Assembly (NCBI GenBank): GCA_964595645.1 | Contig: CAZQQT010000009.1 | Span: 16,950 to 80,949 of the forward strand | From: an uncultured Thermococci archaeon | GTDB taxonomy: Archaea; Methanobacteriota_B; Thermococci; Methanofastidiosales; B48-G16 | Direction of reading: 5' to 3' | DNA: 64,000 nt | In this document: piece by piece, positions 1 to 10,756 of the stretch | How the letters are laid out: each line of letters begins with the position of its first letter | Numbering within the stretch: position 1 is the stretch's first letter | Program-made: the position numbers and the translations under genes | Notes under the pieces: model-generated | What the model saw: the letters and a program-made list of their open reading frames with translations, nothing else | Databases searched by the model: none | Told to the model about the DNA's origin: nothing

Positions 1-867
1 GAATCCCAGCAGCGTCGTGATGACCGTATACAGCAGTCCAAAAATTGCGAAGTAAGTTACCATTTTCTTGAGGCTCCGTATATCTTTGGAAATGAACAAC
101 CGCTGGGAAACTTGGGGGTTAGTTAGGGCAAAGAAAGCCCAAGGAAGAGAAAGTCCCACAAAAAACTTTGGATCCCATGTCATCTTGAGCAAATTTGGCG
201 TTGTCGATTCTACTGTCGAGAAAAAGTCTATTGGCCCACCAAAAAATACGTAAAACACATAAAACAAAAGCAGTACTGCAGAAATCATCATGGTAATCGC
301 CTGAAAGGCATCCGTCCAAGACACAGATCGCATCCCCGCCCACACTGCTGCAAAGGCGCTAAACCCTGCCATGAACAACACCCCCACCATGTAGGGAACC
401 TGTCCATTCGTCAGACTGGAAAAAAGGTATCCTGCGCCCATCATCTGTACCGACGCATAGGGAATCAACATGACCAACGCAATGATCGAGGCGATTACGC
501 CCACCCATTTATCTTGATACCTGTCCGCCAGCATTTCGGGAGGCGTGAGGTAATCGTACTCGCGACCGGCCAGCCAGAACCGTGGAGCGAACAGAATCAA
601 AAGAATCACGGTGAACATCAGATAGGTCATCTCAAATCCCAGCGCGCCGACACCAGTGGAGTACACCAGTCCCACCAGTCCTACCATCATGAAGGCACTG
701 TACGTGGTGGCGCTGTACGTCATCGCTGAGATAAACCCCCCCAGTGTTTTGTTGGCGAGGAAAAAATCTTGTATTGTAATCCCCATCTCTTTTCTCGCAT
801 AATGCGCAATAATCACTCCAAAGAAAATCCAGATAGCCAACGCAAGGAACACATAGCCTGAATTCAT
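1..867 (-). CDS. sodium:solute symporter (SSS) family transporter, partial (C-terminus beyond window start)
   Basis: Absent from the ORF track because it runs off the window. Manual reverse translation from the ATG at 867 gives MNSGYVFLALAIWIFFGVIIAHYARKEMGITIQDFFLANKTLGGFISAMTYSATTYSAFMMVGLVGLVY. The portions I translated by hand (661-867 and 1-60) are stop-free and in one frame ending exactly at base 1 (289 codons); positions 61-660 were not translated. Typical PanF/PutP-like SSS pattern. ATGA overlap with the upstream small ORF. Confidence 0.75.
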   Translation of the reverse strand, partial: MNSGYVFLALAIWIFFGVIIAHYARKEMGITIQDFFLANKTLGGFISAMTYSATTYSAFMMVGLVGLVYSTGVGALGFEMTYLMFTVILLILFAPRFWLAGREYDYLTPPEMLADRYQDKWVGVIASIIALVMLIPYASVQMMGAGYLFSSLTNGQVPYMVGVLFMAGFSAFAAVWAGMRSVSWTDAFQAITMMISAVLLLFYVFYVFFGGPIDFFSTVESTTPNLLKMTWDPKFFVGLSLPWAFFALTNPQVSQRLFISKDIRSLKKMVTYFAIFGLLYTVITTLLGF

Positions 868-1046
868 TCATTCTCCCCCCATCGCCTCACATAGTAAATT
901 CCACCGAGGATAACAGTCAACGTGAGCATCGTCCAGAAAAGGTAGTTCGCCCAGTAGGCCGTTACCTCCTGTAGGAAAATGTACGGTACGAGCACATCGA
1001 GTGTGGCAACGGCAATTGCGATCACGAGGAGATGGAAGAGTTTCAT
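864..1046 (-). CDS. small two-TM membrane protein, probable accessory subunit of the downstream SSS symporter
   Basis: 60-aa hydrophobic ORF (MKLFHLLVIAIAVATLDVLVPYIF...). Its TGA overlaps the symporter ATG (ATGA). The arrangement resembles the small subunits encoded upstream of SSS carriers. Confidence 0.55.
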   Translation of the reverse strand: MKLFHLLVIAIAVATLDVLVPYIFLQEVTAYWANYLFWTMLTLTVILGGIYYVRRWGENE

Positions 1047-1077
1047 ATGCTATATATGTTATGTCGTTGTTTTAAAC

Positions 1078-2241
1078 CTATTCCTTTTTCTCTTTCACGG
1101 CGGGAAGCTGTTCCATCACATACGCCCGTATCTCTTGAGCAGTGGGCAGTTCCTCTACCAGCTCACCGTTGTCCAGGTACTTCACCAGCATCGGCTGCAG
1201 ATCCTTCTGTACCTCATGCCCCTGCGGATACACGTAATACTCGTGCACATTTTTTCGATACACGTCCTTCCGTCCAGAGAACTTCCCTCGTTTCGCCACG
1301 GGCTCTCCCTCGATCGCCACGATGTCCATGGAGTAATCGATGGAGGCTGCATTGGAGATAGACGTGCCGACACCAAAACCCTCTACCGGCTCCTTCACCA
1401 ACTCTTCGATTGAATCCTCGGTTAGCCCACCGGACACGAAGATCTTCACATCCTCGTACCCACGGAGATCCAGCTCCCATCTGGTCTCACGGATGATATC
1501 GATAAAATCTCCCTTTCGAGAGTGGGGCGTGTCCAATCGCACAGAGGTCTCTCCGTCGAAGGTCTCCGCAGCGTGGAGCGTGCCAAACTTCTCATCGTCG
1601 AAGGTATCGATCAGTGCGACTCTGGGAACTTCGGGATCGAGGACGCTGTCGTACGCCTCCCAGCCCTCCTCGTCACCCATCAACAGAAGTAGCGCATGGG
1701 GCATGGTGCCCTGTGGCTCTTCGTTGATCCGTTCTGCGCTGAGAACACCCGACACGCCATCGCAGCCCCCAATAAAAGCGTTTCGCTCTATCATGGGCGC
1801 AATCGCAGGATGCATTCGTCGAATCCCAAAGGAGAGCATGTGTTTGTCCTCTGCCTTGATTCGCATCCGTGCAGTTCGGGTAGCAATACCTGAAGCCTGA
1901 CAGATGAGTCCGAGACAAGGCGTCTCGTAGATGCCAAAGTCATCGTAGTGTCCTTCAATTATCGCCACGGGAACAGGGACACCGTTCTCCGAAAAGGGAG
2001 AAAATATCGTTCCCTCGGGGAGTGCGTAGAGATCCACCGGAAGATCCCGAAGAAGTACAATCATCTCCTCAAGCCCTGCGAATACCGCCCATTCTCGGCT
2101 CCTACTGTGAAGTGTGAACTCTGCAGCTACGTGTTTCCGAACGTTTTCCTTCTTAAGGATTTTTCTGGTCCTCTCAAAGTAGATATCAGTGGTGAGACCT
2201 TCTTTTATCTCCTTATCCGTTGCGGTATAAAATTTCTCCAT
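1078..2241 (-). CDS. pncB: nicotinate phosphoribosyltransferase (archaeal type II PRTase)
   Basis: 387-aa ORF. N-terminus TDIYFERT, then LSFGIRRMHP, GTMPHALL and VRLDTP..., matching the archaeal NAPRTase family pattern. Confidence 0.8.
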   Translation of the reverse strand: MEKFYTATDKEIKEGLTTDIYFERTRKILKKENVRKHVAAEFTLHSRSREWAVFAGLEEMIVLLRDLPVDLYALPEGTIFSPFSENGVPVPVAIIEGHYDDFGIYETPCLGLICQASGIATRTARMRIKAEDKHMLSFGIRRMHPAIAPMIERNAFIGGCDGVSGVLSAERINEEPQGTMPHALLLLMGDEEGWEAYDSVLDPEVPRVALIDTFDDEKFGTLHAAETFDGETSVRLDTPHSRKGDFIDIIRETRWELDLRGYEDVKIFVSGGLTEDSIEELVKEPVEGFGVGTSISNAASIDYSMDIVAIEGEPVAKRGKFSGRKDVYRKNVHEYYVYPQGHEVQKDLQPMLVKYLDNGELVEELPTAQEIRAYVMEQLPAVKEKKE

Positions 2242-2358
2242 GTGGATTTCTCCTCTATATTGATAGTGTATATTTTATACTCTGACACATACGGTTAAAA
2301 ACGTAATCCCTGTGAATCACCATAATCTTCTTTAATAGTTTCTCATACCCTATTATAC

Positions 2359-3570
2359 ATGTACGACGAGTTCCTCGACACACTGTATGAATACTCAAAG
2401 TTCGCCAAACTTGGGCTCACAAATATCAGGAATCTCACAGAAGTTCTCGGCAACCCTCAAAACAACTTTAAATCTATCCATATTGCCGGGACCAACGGAA
2501 AAGGATCCACAGCTGCAATGATTGCACAGATACTTATGGAGGATGGCTACACCACAGGCCTCTTCACCTCGCCTCATCTCGTGGATTTTAGGGAAAGAAT
2601 TCAGGTAAACAGGGAGTGGATACCAGAGGAGGATCTTTTACGTATAGGAAATGAGATTATTGATACTGTCGAGTCCGGGAACCCGGCAACATTTTTCGAG
2701 ATCACCTCGACGATCATGTTCACCTACTTCGCGGAAAACGACGTGGACTACGCAGTGATCGAGGTAGGGTTAGGTGGACGACTCGATGCCACCAACATTA
2801 TCTGCCCCGAGCTCTCCGTTATCACCCACGTGTCCATGGACCACACCTCCGTTCTCGGTGACACGCGCGAGGAAATCGCGTACGAAAAGGCGGGAATTAT
2901 CAAGCAAGCTCCAACGGTAATCTCTGATTACGATCTCTACGATTTTTTCTCGAAAATCTGTAAAAAACGAGGATCGACGCTGTACTCTCTCGGAAAGGAC
3001 CTGAACTATCAAAAAAAGAGAGACACGTTTGACGTCCATGGGATCGTGGATCTGCAAAATTTAGAGATTCCGCTTCACGGCGAGCATCAACTAATAAACG
3101 CCACTACCGCAATCCTCACCTCCCATGTGCTCGGGATCTCTCAAAACAGTATCAGGAACGGGTTAAAAAACACGAAATGGGGAGGAAGATTTGAGATCAT
3201 CAACGAGGATCCACTCATCATTTTGGATGGTGGACACAACCCCGATGGTATACAAAACACCGTCAAGACAATGAAAACGTTCGACTATAACGCCCTCTAT
3301 ATCGTGTTCGGTGTGTTGGAGGATAAAGAATTTGAGGAGATGATCGGAAGCCTCAAAAGTCTTGAAGGTGAGTTCATCTTCACAACACCGGAGAGTAAAA
3401 GAGCATCGGATCCAAAAAATTTACTCATGTACACAGAAGGTACTGTAATAGACGATCCAAACGATGCCTTTGAGATGGCAAAAAAGAAAGCAAAAAAAGG
3501 AGATGCGATACTTGTGACAGGATCGCTGTACCTCGTTGGCAATATCAAGCGGGCTATTCAATATAAATAG
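2359..3570 (+). CDS. folC: folylpolyglutamate synthase/dihydrofolate synthase-like Mur ligase
   Basis: 403 aa. P-loop HIAGTNGKGST, FTSPHL and ILDGGHNPDG motifs typical of the FolC family. Confidence 0.8.
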   Translation: MYDEFLDTLYEYSKFAKLGLTNIRNLTEVLGNPQNNFKSIHIAGTNGKGSTAAMIAQILMEDGYTTGLFTSPHLVDFRERIQVNREWIPEEDLLRIGNEIIDTVESGNPATFFEITSTIMFTYFAENDVDYAVIEVGLGGRLDATNIICPELSVITHVSMDHTSVLGDTREEIAYEKAGIIKQAPTVISDYDLYDFFSKICKKRGSTLYSLGKDLNYQKKRDTFDVHGIVDLQNLEIPLHGEHQLINATTAILTSHVLGISQNSIRNGLKNTKWGGRFEIINEDPLIILDGGHNPDGIQNTVKTMKTFDYNALYIVFGVLEDKEFEEMIGSLKSLEGEFIFTTPESKRASDPKNLLMYTEGTVIDDPNDAFEMAKKKAKKGDAILVTGSLYLVGNIKRAIQYK

Positions 3571-6361
3571 CCGGTTTGGCAGGGATTGCAGATTTCTTTT
3601 TATTCTCAGGATCGTAATTGCCGTTGACCGTAACCTTCATCCCTACTTCTTCTTCGATGAAATCCTTTGATTCCCTGAGAATATCTGCCTCATCCATTCG
3701 CTCCACAAACAGCCTATCTTTTACAAGACTCTTTATGAGGTTGCTCACTGCCTTTCCTCGTTTTCTCATCTTCTCGTTTTTCATTACCTCTTTGATACTC
3801 TCGTTGAAGTTCTTCTTTTCCTTCACAATTTCAGCAACATCCCACATCCATTCGGGGGCAGTGTAGAGATAGACATGTTCTCCCTCCATTTTTGTCACCT
3901 TGAGGATCTCCCGGATGTCGTCGATCACGTCTTTCACGTACTCCTCCGTTCTGAGCACCTTTTTATCGATCGTATCCTCGTCATACTCCGGCCAGGAAGC
4001 GACAGAGACAAATCCCTCATTACCGAGCCCCTCCCATATCTCCTCGCAGAAATGTGGCGCGAAAGGCGCGAGAAGTTTTGTCTGCACCTCGATGAGCCAC
4101 GAGATGGTATCTTTATGAGGTTCCTCACATCGGCGTAGGTACCATTTCAGATGCCGCTGGAGATCAAAGAATCCCTTCTGGATAGCGGTCCTAAACAGGA
4201 GCTGGTCCATTGCACCCTCAACATCCTTCAGGATAGTGTGTGTCACAGCCGCGATCCACTGATCGATGCGTTTTTTCGTCTCTCTCCCCGTTCCGTAATG
4301 TGCAGTCGCAAACTCATGCCATGAACGCAGGCGCTCCTTTACCGTGTCGAGGAACTGTGTTTCAATATTCGCGTCATCCACTCCTTCGCCCGCAAAGGCG
4401 AGCATCATTCTCGTGGGATCGGCACCGTGCTCTTCAATTGCATCCCGCAACAGTATTACGTTCCCTTTGGATGTCGACATCTTCTCACCGTCGATCATCA
4501 CCCATCCGTTCACCGCAAATCCTTCGGGCCAGTATTCTTCCGGGAACAGTGCGGTATGGTTGAAGAGACAGAAGGTGAGATGGTTCTGCACGAGATCCTT
4601 GCCAGAGCTCCGAAGATCAAACGGATACCAGTAGGTAAACTCCTCCCTCATTTTTTCTAGTGTTTCCTGTGAAACGCCGTAATCCTTCGACGGTTCCTCC
4701 CCAAGGAAGATGTGGTCAAAAAACGCGTCATCGATATCCTCAGCATCAATAATGCCCTCATTGAAATACTTGGAGAGCGTGTAAAAGGCCATATAAATCG
4801 TCGAGTCGGAGAGACTCTCGATGATCCATTTCTCATCCCACGGGAGTGTCGTGCCGAGACCAAATTCCCGTGTGCATGCCCAGTCGTTCAGCCAGTCTAT
4901 CACGTAGTGGAACTGTTTCCTCACCGGCTCGGGAATCAACGTCATGGTATCCACTGCATTGTGGGTTTTCTCTTTCCACTCCGGATCGTTGTATCTGATA
5001 AACCACTGATCCTCCACCATTTTTATAATACACGTGGTGAGACACCGACAGATCACTTCCCCCGAAGGTTCGTACATGATATCTGCCTTTCCTTCATCGA
5101 TGAGCTCCTCTTTTATCTTTTCTTTGGCCTCCATCACCGATATTCCTTCATACTCTCCACAGTTCTTATTCATTGTCCCTGTGTAGAATCCTGAGGAGTA
5201 TACCTCCTTTTTTGCCTTTTTCAGGAGTTTTCTATCGTGCTGAGACTCTATTCCAAGCTTTTTCGATATTTCTACAGCGGGGAGGTCTCCAAATCCCTTG
5301 GTTTTGATGATGGGTATCGGTTCTATCTTTTTGACCTCCTCCCAGTCGAGATCGTACTTTTCACAGAGTTCTTTCTCTTTCTGGAGATCGTACAACCCCA
5401 TCCAGTCATCCGGTGCGTCAGACGGAACACTGGTCACGATTCCCGTACCTCTCTCAGGATCACAAAATGTTGAGGGAAGAATCATGATCTCTCGGTCGAT
5501 TCCGGGTGCCTTGGCGTACTTTCCAAGGAGTTCCTCCCCCCTTACCGTCTCAATAATTTCAACGTCTTTTTCCTGTTCTTTGAGTTTTTCCGCACAGGGC
5601 TTACTCATTATCCAGATCTCGTCATTTACCTTCGCTCTCGCGTATGAGAGTTCTGGATCCACCCAGAGATTCGTCTGTCCGAAGACCGTCTCGGGTCGAA
5701 GTGTGGCAGCAACAATGTACTCATCGCCGAACTCAAATTTCAGCAGCGTAAACTCCTGCGGTGTCTCTCCTTCGCCTTCAAGCCGTGCGTGATCTCCCAC
5801 AGGATTTTTACATTTGGGGCACCACACCACAGGATGCGTCCCTATTGCTACAAGCCCCTTTTCCTTTAACTTCCTGAACTGCCATTTGATGAACTTATCA
5901 TAATACGGATTTAATGAAGTGGTGATAAAGGATCTGCGCCAATCTATCCCAAATCCTGCGGACTTTAAATGTTCTATCATTTTCTCTGAGAAATGTTCTG
6001 TCCAGTACACGGGATCCTCGAACTTCGGAATCTCCTCCTCCGGGACACCTGTTTTCTTCAAGTTTTCTATCTGCGTTTCTTCTCCTTCCTCAATTCTCTC
6101 GGCCGCGGCAACTATCGGCGTCCCCGTACAGTGGAACGCGAAGGGATATACTGCGTTGAATCCCTTCATTCGTTTGTATCGTGTGATGATATCGCCTTTT
6201 AAAAAGGTGTACGCCCTGCCAAGATGCATGTACCCATTCATATACGGGTACGGAAGATTCACAAAAAATTTCTTTCGTTCGTCGGGATCCGCTTCAAAAA
6301 TGTTTGCATCGTCCCATCGCTTCTGCCATTTCGTGTCTATCGATCTAAACATTGCCATCAC
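3554..6361 (-). CDS. leuS: leucine--tRNA ligase (archaeal type)
   Basis: 935 aa. N-terminal class I motif region (PYPYMNGYMHLGRAYT), KMSTSKGN (KMSKS) motif, archaeal LeuRS length and architecture. Confidence 0.9.
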   Translation of the reverse strand: MMAMFRSIDTKWQKRWDDANIFEADPDERKKFFVNLPYPYMNGYMHLGRAYTFLKGDIITRYKRMKGFNAVYPFAFHCTGTPIVAAAERIEEGEETQIENLKKTGVPEEEIPKFEDPVYWTEHFSEKMIEHLKSAGFGIDWRRSFITTSLNPYYDKFIKWQFRKLKEKGLVAIGTHPVVWCPKCKNPVGDHARLEGEGETPQEFTLLKFEFGDEYIVAATLRPETVFGQTNLWVDPELSYARAKVNDEIWIMSKPCAEKLKEQEKDVEIIETVRGEELLGKYAKAPGIDREIMILPSTFCDPERGTGIVTSVPSDAPDDWMGLYDLQKEKELCEKYDLDWEEVKKIEPIPIIKTKGFGDLPAVEISKKLGIESQHDRKLLKKAKKEVYSSGFYTGTMNKNCGEYEGISVMEAKEKIKEELIDEGKADIMYEPSGEVICRCLTTCIIKMVEDQWFIRYNDPEWKEKTHNAVDTMTLIPEPVRKQFHYVIDWLNDWACTREFGLGTTLPWDEKWIIESLSDSTIYMAFYTLSKYFNEGIIDAEDIDDAFFDHIFLGEEPSKDYGVSQETLEKMREEFTYWYPFDLRSSGKDLVQNHLTFCLFNHTALFPEEYWPEGFAVNGWVMIDGEKMSTSKGNVILLRDAIEEHGADPTRMMLAFAGEGVDDANIETQFLDTVKERLRSWHEFATAHYGTGRETKKRIDQWIAAVTHTILKDVEGAMDQLLFRTAIQKGFFDLQRHLKWYLRRCEEPHKDTISWLIEVQTKLLAPFAPHFCEEIWEGLGNEGFVSVASWPEYDEDTIDKKVLRTEEYVKDVIDDIREILKVTKMEGEHVYLYTAPEWMWDVAEIVKEKKNFNESIKEVMKNEKMRKRGKAVSNLIKSLVKDRLFVERMDEADILRESKDFIEEEVGMKVTVNGNYDPENKKKSAIPAKPAIYIE

Positions 6362-6477
6362 TCTCGCAACTATCCAAACCTACCGAAGAAAAGACTACAC
6401 GTTCATGCACATAAAAAGCAATCACGTATCCGGTACATACAAGAAGAGAATGGTGCAGCCATTTATAAATCTATCGG

Positions 6478-7269
6478 TTACAGCAGCTCGATGAGCGTCA
6501 AGGCGTTATCAAACATCTCATAGTTGTTGAACATACAGTACACGCAGGTATGTGTCTCTCGAAGATTCTGGAGTTTCTTCGCAAGGTTCGCTAACTCCTT
6601 CCGCGAGTAATCGTAGTTGTAGTTGTACTCCTGTGGGTTGAGCCCGTGGAGTCGGACATACGCAATTGGATGGTCCGAGACCGGATCCCGCCGCATCACG
6701 TCGACAACATGGATAAGGTTGAGATCATCGCAGATCTCCTTCACCCGATCCGACTGATCCTTCCACTCCCCTCTGGGCTCCCAGGCCAGCTCCAATTTCC
6801 CCCGATCGATTGTGCTCAGCAGCTCCCGCATATCTCTTTCGTGCTCATCCGTAGGACCAAAGCTCCCAGACATCTGAATCACGCATATTTTCGATTTTAA
6901 GGCACTGGCACGCTCTTTCATCGCTTCCCACGCATCGATTACCACCTTATGAGGCCTTAAATACCCAAAATATTCCTTTTGCTCTTCTGAAAGATTTTTC
7001 TTGTTATCACGCCATGTGGGACTGCTGGTCGGGTGTGTGAGTGCCTGCCACGCCTTTACAGTGAACTCAAAGGGAGGCAGTACCTCTTGACGCCATCGCT
7101 CCATTGTGTCAGTCATCGGAAGCGTGTAGAACGTTTTGTTGATTTCCACCAGATCAAAGACATCGGAGTACGCCTGGAGCTTACTTTCGTACTTCTCCTC
7201 CCAGTCACCAGGAGGGTTGTAGTATCCGTATCCGCAGGTTCCGATCTTCAGCGATCCCATGATAACCAC
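6478..7269 (-). CDS. DUF72 family protein
   Basis: 263 aa. The KIGTCGYGYY...VEINKTFYTLP pattern is characteristic of DUF72/UPF0759. Confidence 0.7.
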   Translation of the reverse strand: MVIMGSLKIGTCGYGYYNPPGDWEEKYESKLQAYSDVFDLVEINKTFYTLPMTDTMERWRQEVLPPFEFTVKAWQALTHPTSSPTWRDNKKNLSEEQKEYFGYLRPHKVVIDAWEAMKERASALKSKICVIQMSGSFGPTDEHERDMRELLSTIDRGKLELAWEPRGEWKDQSDRVKEICDDLNLIHVVDVMRRDPVSDHPIAYVRLHGLNPQEYNYNYDYSRKELANLAKKLQNLRETHTCVYCMFNNYEMFDNALTLIELL

Positions 7270-7302
7270 TCTGTGTGGGGATGTCTCTGCCTGTTTTTAT
7301 AC

Positions 7303-8550
7303 CTACCGTTTGCCCACCCACACTACAGGATATATTACTAACATTCCAATCCCTATGGTGAAGAGTGCGATACCCACACCAAAGGTATCAGCCAGCGCCC
7401 CGAGAATCACCGCAATCACCGCCTCACAGATCGTGGTGACCTGCGACTCGACGGAGAGCCCTGAGGCCATGGTCCGGTGCGAGATCTGATCGCTCACATA
7501 CGAGACGGTCATCGGTCTCCGCACATTGTAGAGTACGTAAAAGAGGAGAAACACGATGATTGCGATGCTTTGAACATCGATGTGTGTGCTCACGCCGGCA
7601 GTGAGGAGTAACACGCCACCGAGAAGATATGTGATATTCACTGCACTGGCGAGACTGCGGAATCTCTTCGTCGCCTTGGCCGAACTCTTTGAGGCGTAAC
7701 TGGTAAGAAGGTATATCGCACAGTACACCACGCCCACCACTACAGCGATTCGCTCCGTCTCTTCAAGTGCAACAAATAATGGCAGTGAAAGTGCAAATGT
7801 TCTCAGCACGGGCTGTAGATACTCTTTCGTTATTTTAAAAAAGGCTTTAAATGTAGCAGAGCTTAGTATTGCTCGTAGAGCTCCAAGATTCTTGAAGATA
7901 TTGAAAAACACGCGCAATGTTGTTTTCAACTGCGTACTCATCTTTTTGTGTCTAGCGCTCACGATTTCTCCATCGAGCTCTGCAGGATACGTCGCTAGAT
8001 TTACTAGATCGATACTATAGGGGAGGATAGAGGCGAGAAATATGTACCGGTAGCTGCCGCTGTAAAACACCAAGGCCGCGGCGATCAGCGAGCTCACTGC
8101 AGCGCCCAGCTCCGAGGCTGCTCGGGTACTCCCGTAGTACTCCACCTTTTTATCCGTCATCTTATTCAGCCGCAGGTACTCGAGGATCATGGCCTTATGG
8201 GTTCCCGACCTGAAGGCTTCTCCTAGACCAAAGAGTGTCATGGCGCCCATGAAGAAATAGTACTGTGGAAGCGCGAAAAAAATCGTGAAGGAACAGATGT
8301 ACGAGAGAAACGACATTACCATCGACCGTCTTCTTCCGAAGGCATCGGCGTAAATGCCTGTGGGAATCTCAAAGAGATTCGTGGCGATACTTCTCACCGC
8401 CAAAAGTATACCAATCTGTAAAAACGAGAGCCCGACCTCTCTAAAGAAAAGGATCATGAACGGATCGAAAAATCTGAGGTTCTTTAAAAAGCCGTACAGT
8501 GCAAATCGATAGAACATTCTCGTTTTTTTCATAGTATCATTCTCTACCAC
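7303..8550 (-). CDS. MFS transporter
   Basis: 415 aa, about 12 predicted hydrophobic helices, GRRRS loop motif between TM2 and TM3. Confidence 0.7.
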   Translation of the reverse strand: MVENDTMKKTRMFYRFALYGFLKNLRFFDPFMILFFREVGLSFLQIGILLAVRSIATNLFEIPTGIYADAFGRRRSMVMSFLSYICSFTIFFALPQYYFFMGAMTLFGLGEAFRSGTHKAMILEYLRLNKMTDKKVEYYGSTRAASELGAAVSSLIAAALVFYSGSYRYIFLASILPYSIDLVNLATYPAELDGEIVSARHKKMSTQLKTTLRVFFNIFKNLGALRAILSSATFKAFFKITKEYLQPVLRTFALSLPLFVALEETERIAVVVGVVYCAIYLLTSYASKSSAKATKRFRSLASAVNITYLLGGVLLLTAGVSTHIDVQSIAIIVFLLFYVLYNVRRPMTVSYVSDQISHRTMASGLSVESQVTTICEAVIAVILGALADTFGVGIALFTIGIGMLVIYPVVWVGKR

Positions 8551-9242
8551 TCTTTAGACGGCATTTCTTCCACCACGCCCTCCTCCCACACAAAGGCAGT
8601 CACAAGCTCGTGAGGAACGAACTCGAAGATGTTTTCATAGTCCGGCTTCTTCGTCGTATATTTATACGACGGTGCTACCACATAAAAAGGTATATTGAAA
8701 TACTGTGCTGTAAGCGCTAACGGAAGCGTTCCCGTCTTGTTGAGAAATCCTGTTGAAAAGAGAGAATCAGCACCCACAGCAACGACGTCCGACCTTTTTA
8801 CGGCATAGCACATAAAGGCATCATGATACACATCCACCTCCTTTCCATGATCTTTCAGCCACCGTGCAGTGTCTCTCCCTTCTTTTTCCGGACACGACTC
8901 AAGTACATTGATCTTCTTGGCTGTGGTGAGACCTCGCTCTACGATATGGCTTCTACTTATTACTGTTACTACGTTACCTTCCACGAGTCTCTCAAGATTC
9001 TCTGAGGTGCGAGTATTCATTGTGTGGAATTTCTCGATTATTCTATCAATAGTAAGATCTGATTCAAGAAAGTTCATAATAGTCGTAAGTCCAGACATAG
9101 ATGGATGCGCCTTCACTATCTCCCTACAAAGGTCGAATCGGTCTTCCTTTCTCGCGTTTTTCAGTAAATCTAATGTTTTTTTAATAATCTTTGAGGAGCC
9201 ACTTCGGTCATCCTCGATAATGGCTTTAATATTTGCTTCCAT
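8544..9242 (-). CDS. eIF-2B alpha/beta/delta-like family protein (short form)
   Basis: 232 aa. C-terminal VGADSLFSTGFLNKTGTLPLALTAQYFNIPFYVVAPSYKY matches the IF-2B family fold signature. Confidence 0.6.
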   Translation of the reverse strand: MEANIKAIIEDDRSGSSKIIKKTLDLLKNARKEDRFDLCREIVKAHPSMSGLTTIMNFLESDLTIDRIIEKFHTMNTRTSENLERLVEGNVVTVISRSHIVERGLTTAKKINVLESCPEKEGRDTARWLKDHGKEVDVYHDAFMCYAVKRSDVVAVGADSLFSTGFLNKTGTLPLALTAQYFNIPFYVVAPSYKYTTKKPDYENIFEFVPHELVTAFVWEEGVVEEMPSKEW

Positions 9243-9244
9243 AC

Positions 9245-10756
9245 TTATACATTTCCTCGCGATTTTATTATCGTTTTTTCCTCACTGCGCTCTCCTTGTC
9301 CTTCCTTTTTCTTTCTAAACAGTTGCCACTTTTTTATCCAGATCCCTGGATTCAGAACAACGAGTACGGGAAGTATCTCCAGCCGTCCGATCCACATATT
9401 GAGTGTGAGGATGAGCTTGGACCATACAGAGAGCACTGGAGACGTCACTCCTACAGACATTCCCACTGTGCCCTCAGCAGATGCTATCTCAAACAGTGTA
9501 TCGGTGAACCCCGTCCCTTCGATCCACATCACAGATAACGTGGAGACTATCAATATGATCAAATAGGTAAGAAAAAAGGCGGCGATCAGTTCTGCCTCTT
9601 TTTTTGTGATCTTCATCCCCCCCAATCCAATAGGAATCTCTGCTCCTTTCGGTAGAATCGGTCCAAAGAATAATACTCGCACAAACCCCAGCAGTATCAG
9701 TAAGCGGAAGATCTTGATTCCGCCTGCTGTTGAGCCTGTACTGCCGCCGATGATCATGAAAAGTGTAGTGATGACTTTACTCACTTCAGAGAGCGGTGTA
9801 GTCGGCACGATGTTGTACCCTGTAGTTGTGATGGCGGTGGCAGTTTGAAATACTCCATGGACCACCGAATTAAGCGAAGAGCCGAACTCTACCACAAACA
9901 AAGCTGAACCAAGTACGAGAAGAAGAAGTAATGTCCGTAGCTGGTTATCCTTCAAAAACTCACGTACTCCATCCTTCGCGAGAACATAGTACAACGGAAA
10001 GCTGATAGCACCGAGCACCATGAATACTGTGACTGTGAGTGAGATGAAAGCACTGTTGTAATGACCGATGCTGTCGGCATAGAGAGAGAATCCACCGGTG
10101 GGAATCGTTGTAAGAATGTGGATAAGTCCATCAAAGGGGCCCATTCCCGCTAGAAGGAATGCTACAAATCCCACAACAGTGAGAATGAGATAGACCCGGA
10201 TCACCACCTTGGCCGTAGCGACAACACTTCCCACGATGTTCTTTTCCCCGAACTCAGAAGCATACAGTTTGAACGCCGCCGTGCCGGATCGGAGAAGAAC
10301 AGCTAAGGAAAGAATGATAATCCCCATTCCGCCCAGCCACTGGGAGTATGCACGGAAAAAGTGAAGGGTGATTGGAAGAGTAGTTACATCCATTAAAGTG
10401 AGTCCAGTGGTAGTAAACCCGGACATTGCCTCAAAAAAGCTATCAATAAACGATGCTACCGGAAGAAAGGGGATGGCTCCTATTATACCGAACAACAAAT
10501 ACGCCAGTGCGGTGACCGCAAGTGCATCGATGATTTCAAGCTGTGTGGTCTGATTCCACAGCTTTCTCACAGCAAACCCTATTCCTGCTGTACCCAGCGA
10601 AAGGGAACCGAATATTACTGAATACGTATACTCTCCAGCGAGAAGAGAAACGATAAACGGCATGATAAGTGTCACGCCAAAGAGTTCCAATGCTCCCGCA
10701 AGGTAGAATAAAATCACGCGAATGTTGATCGGCTTGATGTGTTTACTCAGCTTCAT
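9245..10756 (-). CDS. trkH: TrkH-family potassium uptake membrane protein
   Basis: 503 aa polytopic protein with repeated TTTG/TGGF selectivity-like motifs (SGFTTTGLT, TITTTGYN, IPTGGFS). Overlaps trkA. Confidence 0.85.
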   Translation of the reverse strand: MKLSKHIKPINIRVILFYLAGALELFGVTLIMPFIVSLLAGEYTYSVIFGSLSLGTAGIGFAVRKLWNQTTQLEIIDALAVTALAYLLFGIIGAIPFLPVASFIDSFFEAMSGFTTTGLTLMDVTTLPITLHFFRAYSQWLGGMGIIILSLAVLLRSGTAAFKLYASEFGEKNIVGSVVATAKVVIRVYLILTVVGFVAFLLAGMGPFDGLIHILTTIPTGGFSLYADSIGHYNSAFISLTVTVFMVLGAISFPLYYVLAKDGVREFLKDNQLRTLLLLLVLGSALFVVEFGSSLNSVVHGVFQTATAITTTGYNIVPTTPLSEVSKVITTLFMIIGGSTGSTAGGIKIFRLLILLGFVRVLFFGPILPKGAEIPIGLGGMKITKKEAELIAAFFLTYLIILIVSTLSVMWIEGTGFTDTLFEIASAEGTVGMSVGVTSPVLSVWSKLILTLNMWIGRLEILPVLVVLNPGIWIKKWQLFRKKKEGQGERSEEKTIIKSRGNV